NCBI GenBank assembly: GCA_002432635.1
Contig: DJFX01000012.1
Coordinates: 112-64,111, forward strand
Reading direction: 5' to 3'
From: Halothiobacillaceae bacterium UBA5861
Lineage (GTDB): Bacteria > Pseudomonadota > Gammaproteobacteria > UBA5861
Length of the DNA stretch: 64,000 bases
Of this stretch, positions 18,445 to 27,229 are shown piece by piece. The number at the start of each line of letters is the position of its first letter. Position 1 is the first letter of the stretch. The position numbers were made by a program, and so were the translations under genes. The notes under the pieces were generated by a model. The model made no database searches. It saw only the letters and a program-made list of their open reading frames with translations, and was not told the origin of the DNA.

Positions 18445-19407
18445 TTAACTCAACGCGCCGCCACAGCTCGACCCCTGGCCTGCCGTACACCCATAGCAAT
18501 GGTCCGCTGTGGCAATCGGCAACCCGTACAGCTTCGCCTCAATTAATTCTTTAATGTGCCTGCGCTTAAGTGCATTACCCGACAGAGGCATGTTTAACAT
18601 TTGATTAAAATCGCAATCATAGACATATCCATTGTAATCCACACTGATCGTCGTACGGCACATGACTTCTTCGAGATTATCGTCATTGTGAGACGATTTC
18701 AGCAGGGACATGTAGTCTTCAAACTGGCCGCGGGAAACCAGTGTGCTGCCAAAACGCTGAATCGGCAGGTTAGCCAGCACCAGCAGGGAGTTAAATGTGA
18801 CATCAAAATGCTCTGACAGATGGCTTTTATAATCGGCCTCCAGACCTGTTTGACCGGGAGGCAGCACCGGCCCTTGAGGGTTATAAACCAAATCCAGTAC
18901 AAGCCCGGAACCCGCTTTACCGTAGCCTAACTGATTCAATTTTTGTAGCCCACGGATGCTCGGCCAATACACATTTTTACCTCGTTGCGCTTTTACATTT
19001 TCTTCCAAATAGCAGGGAAGCGATGCAACGATGTGGATGCAATTTTCGGCCAAAAACTCAGCCAACGCTTCTTGTCCGGGCTCTTCGAGCACTGTCAGAT
19101 TACAGCGGTCGATAATGTGCATACCGAGGTTTTTCCCGGCCTCCACCAAGTAGTAAAACTGCGAGTTCAACTCGGGCGCTCCTCCGGTTAAATCGAGCGT
19201 TTTTACACCGCTGGCTTGCATAAACTCGATCACTTGATCGGCCGTTTTCCGGTCCATCATTTCTGTGCGTTTAGGTCCTGCATTGACGTGGCAATGCAAG
19301 CATGACAGGTTGCAGTAATAACCAAGATTGACCTGTATGACTTCTAAATGTGATCGTTTGATCGGAGGAAAATCAGAGACTTTGAGTAACGGGTAGGTAT
19401 CATGCAT
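18445..19407 (-). CDS. ArsS-like radical SAM protein (arsenosugar-type 5'-deoxyadenosyl transferase family)
   Basis: CNLSCLHC (CxxxCxxC) radical SAM motif near the N-terminus. The C-terminal Cys-rich tail HCYGCTAGQGSSCGGAL is characteristic of the ArsS/TIGR04167 family. Confidence 0.7.
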   Translation of the reverse strand: MHDTYPLLKVSDFPPIKRSHLEVIQVNLGYYCNLSCLHCHVNAGPKRTEMMDRKTADQVIEFMQASGVKTLDLTGGAPELNSQFYYLVEAGKNLGMHIIDRCNLTVLEEPGQEALAEFLAENCIHIVASLPCYLEENVKAQRGKNVYWPSIRGLQKLNQLGYGKAGSGLVLDLVYNPQGPVLPPGQTGLEADYKSHLSEHFDVTFNSLLVLANLPIQRFGSTLVSRGQFEDYMSLLKSSHNDDNLEEVMCRTTISVDYNGYVYDCDFNQMLNMPLSGNALKRRHIKELIEAKLYGLPIATADHCYGCTAGQGSSCGGALS

Positions 19408-19512
19408 AAATGCTCCAGTACAGCTGGGATGTTTATTGATTTTTCTATGGAGACTCAGACCAGCTGAAAAAGTTCCTTTTTAACGAGGTGGGAAGGTAGC
19501 AACGCTGTGCGA

Positions 19513-21603
19513 TCAAGCGGGTTCGCTTTCAGCCGTGAGGGGATGGGGCAAGCCTAAGCGGTACCCTTGCCCATAATTGATGCCGATTTCCAGCAGCGCT
19601 TTTATGATTGGCTCACTACTGACATATTCAGCAATGGTTTTGACGCCCAAGGTGCATGCTACCGAGTGAATGGCTTCCACCACAGAGCGATCCACTGCAC
19701 TGTGTGTGATCGACTGTACTAAACGGCCATCAATTTTGATGTAATCGACCGGTAATTTTTTCAATGTGCCAAATGAGGAAAAACCCGTGCCGAAACCGTC
19801 CAGAGCAACCCGACAACCCAACTGTTTTAGCTCTGTGAGAAAAGGCAGAACAGAAGCCATATTACGAACAACGACCGTTTCATCGATTTCAAAGCAAATT
19901 TTGCTCGCAGGAACTTGATATTTATTCAGGTGTTGATGAATAAAACTGGGAAGTGTTTTATCGCTCACGACGGTTCCGGAAAGGTTAATCGACAAGCTAC
20001 TGACCGGCCTTTTATGCATCATCACCTCATTGAAATGATGAAATGCCTTGTCAATCACCCAGCGATCAATTTTTGTCATCACCCCGTATCGCTCAGCAGC
20101 AGGAATGAAGGACCCTGGAGGCAAGAGTTTGCCATCGTTACGGGGGCTCAACCGAAGCAGTATTTCGTAGAGCTCCACTCGGTTGTTTTTTTCAGGCAAT
20201 GACTTAATCGGTTGGCAGTACAATTCAAACCGGTTGTCTCTTAACGCCCGGTTGAGGTCAGAAACTTTTTGGTTCTCTGTCAGCCTCACTTTCCCCACCG
20301 GCTCGTCAGGGGTGTAAATTTGCAAGCGGTTGCGGCCTTTATCCTTTGCCTGGTAACAAGCTATATCGGCCTGGTGAATCAAGGTTTCTGTATCTTTTGC
20401 CAACACGTCAATAGTAACCAGCCCAATACTGCAACCCACTTCAAACGAATAATTTTCCCACGTGAAGCGAAAGTCACTGACGGTTTCAATTAAGCCCTGC
20501 GCCAGACGAGTCGCGCGATCAGGGGGGCAGTGCTCCAGCAATAACGCAAACTCATCCCCCCCGATCCGGGCCAAGGTATCCCGTCCACGGACCTGTCCTG
20601 ACAAAAGCGCCGTAAGCTGGCGCAAGAGTTCGTCACCGGCCAAGTGCCCCACAGTGTCATTGACAAGCTTGAAGCGATCCAGATCAATGTAACATAAGGC
20701 ATGCTCATACCCCCGCTCGCGGGCACCAGTGATGGCGACTTGCAACCGCTGTTCGAATTCCTCACGATTTACCAGGCCCGTTAAAGAATCATGAGTGGCC
20801 TGATAAGCAATTTTATTAGCGATCGCATTCCACTCAGTGACATCTGAAAAGAGCAACACAACGCCGCGCAATGAACCCTGGCTATCCAACATGGGAGAAG
20901 CTGTTTGCTGAATCGCGTATTCTTTCCCTTCCCGATTCAGCAAGATAACGGTGCCACAATTAATCTCTTTTCTTTGCGAAAGGCACGCCATGACCGGGCT
21001 GTCAATTTTTGCACCGCCAGGCTCTGCTGACAGGTGCATCACCTCATCAATCGCATGTTCGCTGACTTGATCAGCCAATACTGACAACAACCTTTCTGCC
21101 ACCGGATTAATGTATTGGATCTGTCCGCGTGTATCGGTGGCAATAATCCCGCTACTGACCGCCTGGCACATCAACTGAAAGCGCTCTTTCTCTAACGCCA
21201 GGATATCCCGCTCCTGAAGTGTCGCATCTTCATTGTTCAAACAAAGCAGGAGACAATACTGCTTTCCCTCTTTTATTCTCACCGCAGTCATGCCAACCTT
21301 AAGCCGTTGATGGCTCTCGGTATTCAAGCACTCGACAACTCGCCGGCCTGAGCAGCCTCTACGAATGGCAGTCACCAGCATTGACGCTACCGACGACTGC
21401 GCGTCTTCCGGGAAAAATGATTGAAATTGGCGCGCTTTTATTTGCGCAATCTCCAGGCCCAGCACCTGGGTTGCACTTGGACTCGCACAGAGTACCCGGT
21501 CGGATGCCGAATCTACCAACAAATAAACATCGCTGGCACAGCCAAACATTTGATCAAAAATGAGGTCCACCTGATCCGACCCACACAGAAGCTTATCTGT
21601 CAT
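19513..21603 (-). CDS. PAS-PAS-GGDEF-EAL c-di-GMP signalling protein
   Basis: GGDEF motif, EAL-domain motifs (ELYEILLRL, DDFGTG-like, QGY) and N-terminal PAS repeats. Confidence 0.9.
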   Translation of the reverse strand: MTDKLLCGSDQVDLIFDQMFGCASDVYLLVDSASDRVLCASPSATQVLGLEIAQIKARQFQSFFPEDAQSSVASMLVTAIRRGCSGRRVVECLNTESHQRLKVGMTAVRIKEGKQYCLLLCLNNEDATLQERDILALEKERFQLMCQAVSSGIIATDTRGQIQYINPVAERLLSVLADQVSEHAIDEVMHLSAEPGGAKIDSPVMACLSQRKEINCGTVILLNREGKEYAIQQTASPMLDSQGSLRGVVLLFSDVTEWNAIANKIAYQATHDSLTGLVNREEFEQRLQVAITGARERGYEHALCYIDLDRFKLVNDTVGHLAGDELLRQLTALLSGQVRGRDTLARIGGDEFALLLEHCPPDRATRLAQGLIETVSDFRFTWENYSFEVGCSIGLVTIDVLAKDTETLIHQADIACYQAKDKGRNRLQIYTPDEPVGKVRLTENQKVSDLNRALRDNRFELYCQPIKSLPEKNNRVELYEILLRLSPRNDGKLLPPGSFIPAAERYGVMTKIDRWVIDKAFHHFNEVMMHKRPVSSLSINLSGTVVSDKTLPSFIHQHLNKYQVPASKICFEIDETVVVRNMASVLPFLTELKQLGCRVALDGFGTGFSSFGTLKKLPVDYIKIDGRLVQSITHSAVDRSVVEAIHSVACTLGVKTIAEYVSSEPIIKALLEIGINYGQGYRLGLPHPLTAESEPA

Positions 21604-22033
21604 GGCCCAGACGCAACCACTCTGATTTTACGCCACAGAAGTGGGCGCTTTGGCAATGAATGGAAGCAATAGATGCTCTCGACACTGTGAAACTGGCAAC
21701 ACACTTCATTTCCCAACACAAATTTTCACCTCTTCAGTCAAAAAAGCCGAATGATCAGGTGCCCACCGTCCATGCTAGACCAGCCTATATTATTGTTTTT
21801 CAAGTAACTGACCGCTCAATTCTACACTATTCTAATAATAGACAACTATTATCGATAATTGGAAAACATATAAGCATCTGCTATCTGACACATGAAAACG
21901 TTTATCCTGATAAAATGCACGTTTGTACTTTTTTAATCATCACGGTGGAGTGATCTATGGCGCTTTGGTCAAAACTGGCCACCACCCATTAACTTAATAT
22001 GCCACGATAACAACAGACAAAACTCATTAACCT

Positions 22034-22909
22034 ATGCATTTAACCGCTCAAGCATTTCGCGCCTGGCGCAATAAACGTATCACCTTACTGGGCATGTCGG
22101 GTGTCGGCAAAACCCACCTATCCACCCAACTCAGATCGTATAACTGGTTCCATTACTCAGGTGATTACCGGATAGGTACCCGCTATCTTGACGAGGCGAT
22201 TCTCGACTTAATCAAACAACAAGCAATGAAAACGCCTTTTTTAAAGCAACTGCTGCGCAATGACTGGATTTATATCCGCAACAACATTCGAGTAGATGAC
22301 CTTGGCCCTGTGCTGAGCTTTGTAGGCAAACTGGGTAACCCTGAAAAAGGGGGCGTTGAATTGAGTGAATTCATGAGTCGGCAGGCCCAATACCGCTGTG
22401 CTGAAATTGAATCCATGCGAGATGTACCCGCATTTATAGAAAAGGCACAAACGGTGTACGGCTATCAACATTTTGTCAACGATGTTGGCGGCAGCCTGTG
22501 TGAACTGGATGAACCGGGCATCATTGAGTTACTAGCAAAACACACATTGATTATCTATATCAAAACCACGGGGCCTCAAGAAGAGGAGGTTTTAATCCAG
22601 CGTGCTCAGTCAGACCCTAAACCGCTGTACTACCGCCCTGCCTTTTTACAGGAGTATTTATCACACTATTTAAATGAAAAGGGGCTCCTGTACGCTGCGG
22701 AGATGGACCCTGATGACTTCACCCGCTGGATCTTCCCGCACCTGTTCCGGTCCCGGTTACCTCGCTACGAAGCGATCACTCAGGCTTATGGCTATACCGT
22801 CACATCACGCGACATAGCGACTTTACGGGACGAGCAAGACTTTTTACAACTGGTTGAAGCCGCCCTGGAAAACCCGGAAGGAAAGCAAGATGCCCCTGGT
22901 CGCACATAA
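22034..22909 (+). CDS. P-loop NTPase of unknown function
   Basis: N-terminal Walker A LLGMSGVGKTH. No further family recognised. Its 3' end overlaps the next gene by 20 nt. Confidence 0.55.
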   Translation: MHLTAQAFRAWRNKRITLLGMSGVGKTHLSTQLRSYNWFHYSGDYRIGTRYLDEAILDLIKQQAMKTPFLKQLLRNDWIYIRNNIRVDDLGPVLSFVGKLGNPEKGGVELSEFMSRQAQYRCAEIESMRDVPAFIEKAQTVYGYQHFVNDVGGSLCELDEPGIIELLAKHTLIIYIKTTGPQEEEVLIQRAQSDPKPLYYRPAFLQEYLSHYLNEKGLLYAAEMDPDDFTRWIFPHLFRSRLPRYEAITQAYGYTVTSRDIATLRDEQDFLQLVEAALENPEGKQDAPGRT

Positions 22910-23969
22910 CGCACTGCCCACGTTTGAAAAGCTTCATAAAGAAGGCCAAACCGTCCTCTCTGTCGACAAAGCACTCAATCAAGACATCCGGGACCTGCAC
23001 ATTGGCCTGCTCAACATCATGCCAGACACCGCCTTGGCCGCTACAGAGCGCCAATTCATGCGCCTTATTGGAAAAAGCAACCCCATTGCCCAGTTTTATG
23101 TCCACTTATTCACACTGCCTGAACTCAAACGCAGTGAGGACGCTCAGCAGCACATTGATGCCTACTACGAATCTTTTGAAGACATTCAGTCCCGAGGACT
23201 GGACTCACTGATTATCACCGGGGCCGCACCACAAAGCGAATCATTACCCAATGAGCCTTTCTGGTCGCCACTGTTCGAAGTCATTGACTGGGCGCACGAA
23301 AATGTCACATCAACACTTTGCTCATGCCTGACCACGCACGCCATACTTCAGGGGCGCTACCAACAGATGCGCAAGCCCCTGGTTCAAAAAGCCTGGGGCG
23401 TCTTCCCTCACTGGGTCACCAACAAGGAACACCCACTGGTCAGTGATATCAACACTCACTTCGACGTACCGCACTCCCGGTGGAACGCGGTCACGCGCAG
23501 CCAGTTCGATGCTGCTGGCCTGCATACGCTTGTCGAAAGTGAAACAGGTGTACACCTTGCCACCAGCCCCGACGGGATCCGTACGGTCTTCTTCCAAGGG
23601 CACCCCGAATACGATACGATCTCTTTATTGAAAGAGTACAAGCGCGAAGCACAGCGCTATGCCCGTGGCGAGGTAGAAATGCCTCCCGCGTTTCCGGAGC
23701 ACTATTTCAAGACACAGGAAAAAGCAATATTAACGGAATACATCGGCCGGCTGACAGACGCCCGACACGACAAACACAAGGCAATACCTGATTTTCCTGA
23801 AACCAAAATTGCCAAGCGATTACAAAACACATGGACGGATACAGCCACCGCTGTGATTGGCAACTGGATGGGCTGCGTCTACCAACTGACCCACCGTGAA
23901 CGGAAAAAACCTTTTATGGACGGCATCAACCCCAATAACCCACTCAAGCTGCCATTTGTGGCCGAATAA
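22890..23969 (+). CDS. Homoserine O-acyltransferase (HTS/MetA) family enzyme with a C-terminal extension
   Basis: Aligns to E. coli MetA across the catalytic core: LNIMPD, VTSTLCSC (nucleophilic Cys), FQGHPEYD (His/Glu of the triad), HSRW. It is about 50 aa longer than MetA. Confidence 0.7.
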   Translation: MPLVAHNALPTFEKLHKEGQTVLSVDKALNQDIRDLHIGLLNIMPDTALAATERQFMRLIGKSNPIAQFYVHLFTLPELKRSEDAQQHIDAYYESFEDIQSRGLDSLIITGAAPQSESLPNEPFWSPLFEVIDWAHENVTSTLCSCLTTHAILQGRYQQMRKPLVQKAWGVFPHWVTNKEHPLVSDINTHFDVPHSRWNAVTRSQFDAAGLHTLVESETGVHLATSPDGIRTVFFQGHPEYDTISLLKEYKREAQRYARGEVEMPPAFPEHYFKTQEKAILTEYIGRLTDARHDKHKAIPDFPETKIAKRLQNTWTDTATAVIGNWMGCVYQLTHRERKKPFMDGINPNNPLKLPFVAE

Positions 23970-23973
23970 CATC

Positions 23974-24594
23974 ATGGGATATACAATGCGAACACAGCCT
24001 ACTCTTCTTGCGCTGATCATGGCGCTTTTCATCCCTCTTGCCTGTGACGCTCAACTCACTCCCCTGGAGACCAGCCAACACTTTTGGCGCGCCATTGAGC
24101 AACGTGATATGGCCACACTCAAACTTTATGTAATGTCGCCTGGAACACTGAGCGATGAACCACAAAAACTGGCTGTTTCAGACATCACATTTGGCAAAAT
24201 TGTTATCGACGGAGATGCCGCGACCGTAGAAACCATGCTCACAATCCAGGACGACACCGCCTTTCGCACCCAGCTGGAAACCCAGCTTCAAAAAACAGAA
24301 GGCGCCTGGAAAGTCGATTATGATCGAACGATCAATAAACTTGCCCAAATGGACTCCAAAGAAAAAATGCTCGGCAACATCAAGGAGCTTGGAAAAATAT
24401 TGAGCGACAGCATCGACAGCTCGGTCCAGGAACTTCACAAGCAGTGGCCAGAACTCAAACGACAACTCGAAGAACTGGAAGAAAAAACCAAGGCAAAACT
24501 CCCTGAGCTTGAACAGAAACTTGATGAAATCCGTAAAAAAATTGAAGAAGGCTTTAAAAACCAGGAAGAAAAACCCGAAGGGCTATCCATTTAA
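23974..24594 (+). CDS. Secreted/lipoprotein with an NTF2-like (DUF4878-like) N-domain and a C-terminal coiled coil
   Basis: Signal peptide MRTQPTLLALIMALFIPLAC, then an SnoaL/NTF2-like region, then a heptad-rich KELEE tail. Starts 4 nt after the upstream stop. Confidence 0.5.
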   Translation: MGYTMRTQPTLLALIMALFIPLACDAQLTPLETSQHFWRAIEQRDMATLKLYVMSPGTLSDEPQKLAVSDITFGKIVIDGDAATVETMLTIQDDTAFRTQLETQLQKTEGAWKVDYDRTINKLAQMDSKEKMLGNIKELGKILSDSIDSSVQELHKQWPELKRQLEELEEKTKAKLPELEQKLDEIRKKIEEGFKNQEEKPEGLSI

Positions 24595-24816
24595 TACCTC
24601 ATCGCTCATCACCACCCATGCTAACGCCGCCTCACTCAAACGATTAAAAGCGAAGGCGTTAAAAGCTCCCCTGTAAAAACTCCTTTGACAACAATCATCT
24701 AAGTACCTTATTCGCTTAATTTGCTATAGTTACCTGTTGGGTCAATCATTCTTATACAGGATTGACCGCTCATTGAAATGAAAGAACGTTCACCATTAGT
24801 TAACGGGGACATCTAA

Positions 24817-25884
24817 TTGAGACGCACAGAGAAAACCTTACTGGAGCAAATGCAGATCAGCGACGTGGAAATTGCACGGCGTATGGAGTTGTTAAATCTC
24901 GATAAAAACGCACTCGACCTGTTGTGTGGCCAGCAACGTCTTGTTGAAGAAAATATTGATGCCATCGTCGAAGAGTTTTACAAAAGACAAACAGAAATTG
25001 ACGAAATTGCACTACTCATCGGTGATGCCGACACATTAAGACGCTTACGCAACGCTCAACGTCAGTATGTCATCGACCTCTTCTCAGGGAACTGCAACAG
25101 CGAATATGTTAACAATCGCCTACGTATTGGAATGGTTCATAAGCGTATTGGGGTGGAGCCCAAACTTTACCTGTCCGCAGTCAAAACACTAAAAGAACTG
25201 GTCCTGAGGGTCTTAAAAGAAAATATCGAAAAAGAAACATTCCTAAAAGTCGCTGATGCACTGGACAAACTCCTTTACTTTGACACCACACTTGTCTTTG
25301 ACACTTACATTGACAGCCTGGTTGGGGAAATAGAGACCGCCAAAAAAAGAACCGAAGAATATGCCAAAAGCCTGGAAGACAAAGTAGCAGAAAGAACGAA
25401 GCAGCTCGAGGAGCAGGCCAAACTTGACCCATTGACCAATTTATATAATCAACGCGCAATGCAAGATGCCTTCAAACGGGAATTGGCCACGGCAAAGCGA
25501 CGGAGAAGTAAACTTTCACTGATCTATCTTGATATTGATTGCTTCAAAAAAATCAATGACGAATACGGTCATATCAGAGGCGATGAAGTCCTCAAACACC
25601 TCGGTAAAACGCTACTCAACACCATTCGTGAAATGGATATTCCCTGCCGATACGGAGGCGATGAGTTTTGCATCATATTGCCAGACTGTACCATTGAAAA
25701 TGCGCAGGAAGTTTCCAATCGAATCATCCATTCATTTTCTGAAAAATACCCGGAATTTTCGCTCAGCATCGGCATTGCTGAGACGGGATCGGAAGAATAC
25801 AGTGATGAAAATACACTGATAAAGTCGGCCGATAAGAAAATGTACCTGGCCAAAAAACAAACCGGCTCCTATATCTGCCACTAA
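24817..25884 (+). CDS. Globin-coupled sensor diguanylate cyclase (protoglobin-like N-domain plus GGDEF)
   Basis: N-terminal 160 aa with a proximal-His-type motif MVHKRIGVEPKLYL and a distal Tyr candidate (EEFYKRQ), a coiled-coil linker, and a GGDEF domain carrying an RxxD I-site. Start is TTG at 24817 (RBS GGGGA) or ATG at 24850. Confidence 0.65.
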   Translation: MRRTEKTLLEQMQISDVEIARRMELLNLDKNALDLLCGQQRLVEENIDAIVEEFYKRQTEIDEIALLIGDADTLRRLRNAQRQYVIDLFSGNCNSEYVNNRLRIGMVHKRIGVEPKLYLSAVKTLKELVLRVLKENIEKETFLKVADALDKLLYFDTTLVFDTYIDSLVGEIETAKKRTEEYAKSLEDKVAERTKQLEEQAKLDPLTNLYNQRAMQDAFKRELATAKRRRSKLSLIYLDIDCFKKINDEYGHIRGDEVLKHLGKTLLNTIREMDIPCRYGGDEFCIILPDCTIENAQEVSNRIIHSFSEKYPEFSLSIGIAETGSEEYSDENTLIKSADKKMYLAKKQTGSYICH

Positions 25885-26330
25885 TACCTGCACGGCGCAA
25901 TAAAATAGCGAAGCCTCCCACCTGCCGTTGGTTCCCCCAATCTCGACAAAACAGAACGGGGTCACGCTGATCATTGCCCATTCACGGGTACGTTTGATTT
26001 ATTGACATCCCTACCCCTATCCAGCAGCTTACTTTCAAAACAAATAAAACGCATGGCCTTAATCTCACCTCACCACGAAACCGGCCATTACAGACATATT
26101 GCCTCCGCCGAGTTAAGATTTGGGGGCCTAGAGAGCCAACTGCGTACACTCTGCCACGAACCGAGTGTGCATTATTTTGACTCGAACACTGTTATTTTCT
26201 CAAGCAAAGTAGATAGTATTCATCTGGACCAAACGGAACACTCCCAGCTTGGAGAGCGATGGCAAACGCTGCGCTTGAAAAAGAGCTGGTTTAATACCCA
26301 CGGAACAGACACATACAACAGGAGCTTGTT

Positions 26331-26702
26331 ATGGAACTCGGCGCTTTTTCAATCAGTCTGGCGGTAAAAGATCTTAATACATCAAAACAATTTTACGAAA
26401 AACTGGGGTTTACTGTTTTTGGTGGAGACCCTACACAAAACTGGCTCATTTTAAAAAATGGCGACCATACGATTGGACTCTTCCAAGGCATGTTTGAAGA
26501 AAACATCCTCACCTTCAATCCTGGATGGGACAGTCACGCCCAACCTCTGAATACATTTACCGATGTTCGCGAACTGCAACGTCAGCTCAAAGCACAAGGC
26601 ATAACCTTTGCGACCGAGGCCGATGAAAATACCACAGGCCCCGCCAGCTTTGTCATTGCCGACCCCGACGGCAACACGATCCTGGTGGACCAACACCGCT
26701 AG
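26331..26702 (+). CDS. VOC family protein (glyoxalase-like)
   Basis: 123 aa with VOC fold pattern. RBS AGGAG upstream. Confidence 0.6.
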   Translation: MELGAFSISLAVKDLNTSKQFYEKLGFTVFGGDPTQNWLILKNGDHTIGLFQGMFEENILTFNPGWDSHAQPLNTFTDVRELQRQLKAQGITFATEADENTTGPASFVIADPDGNTILVDQHR

Positions 26703-26728
26703 CAAATACGCGCACATCCTTTGATCAC

Positions 26729-27196
26729 ATGACACCGGCCATACAGCTCCTCAAACAACGTCGTATTGAACACCGGGTACACCGGTATACGCATGCCCCC
26801 ATGAGCCATGCATATGGCCTCGAAGCTGCCGAAAAACTCGGCATTCCCACAACACGCGTCTTCAAAACCCTGGTTGTACAGCTGGACAAGCAAGCATTCG
26901 CTGTGGGAGTCATCCCTGTTTCGACCACGCTCAGCATGAAAGCCATCGCAAAAGCCGCAGGCGCTAAAAAAGCCAACATGGCACTTCCCATCGATGTCGA
27001 ACGGACAACCGGTTATGTCTTGGGGGGCGTCAGCCCACTGGGGCAAAAAAAACGTTTAGCGACACTGATTGACCGCTCCGCGCAAACGCTCGAAACTCTC
27101 TATATCAGCGCGGGACGGCGCGGGCTCGAAATTGAACTTAAGCCAGATGATTTACAAAAGCTTGTGGATGGAACCTTCACAAGCCTCTGCGCCTAA
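26729..27196 (+). CDS. ybaK: Cys-tRNA(Pro)/Cys-tRNA(Cys) deacylase YbaK
   Basis: YbaK/EbsC pattern (FKTLVV, GGVSPLG). Confidence 0.8.
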   Translation: MTPAIQLLKQRRIEHRVHRYTHAPMSHAYGLEAAEKLGIPTTRVFKTLVVQLDKQAFAVGVIPVSTTLSMKAIAKAAGAKKANMALPIDVERTTGYVLGGVSPLGQKKRLATLIDRSAQTLETLYISAGRRGLEIELKPDDLQKLVDGTFTSLCA

Positions 27197-27229
27197 ATTA
27201 AACAGGAAACCACCAAACTATACGCCGAT

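Noticed and set aside
21660-21953. 97-aa ORF in the AT-rich leader upstream of the P-loop gene
   Set aside because: It is AT-rich, has no RBS and a codon composition unlike the neighbours. It is treated as a non-coding promoter/leader region.
26002-26367. 121-aa ORF in the long intergenic region
   Set aside because: It overlaps the well-supported VOC gene start (RBS AGGAG). It has no RBS of its own and a low-complexity Ser/Leu-rich N-terminus, so it is likely non-coding.
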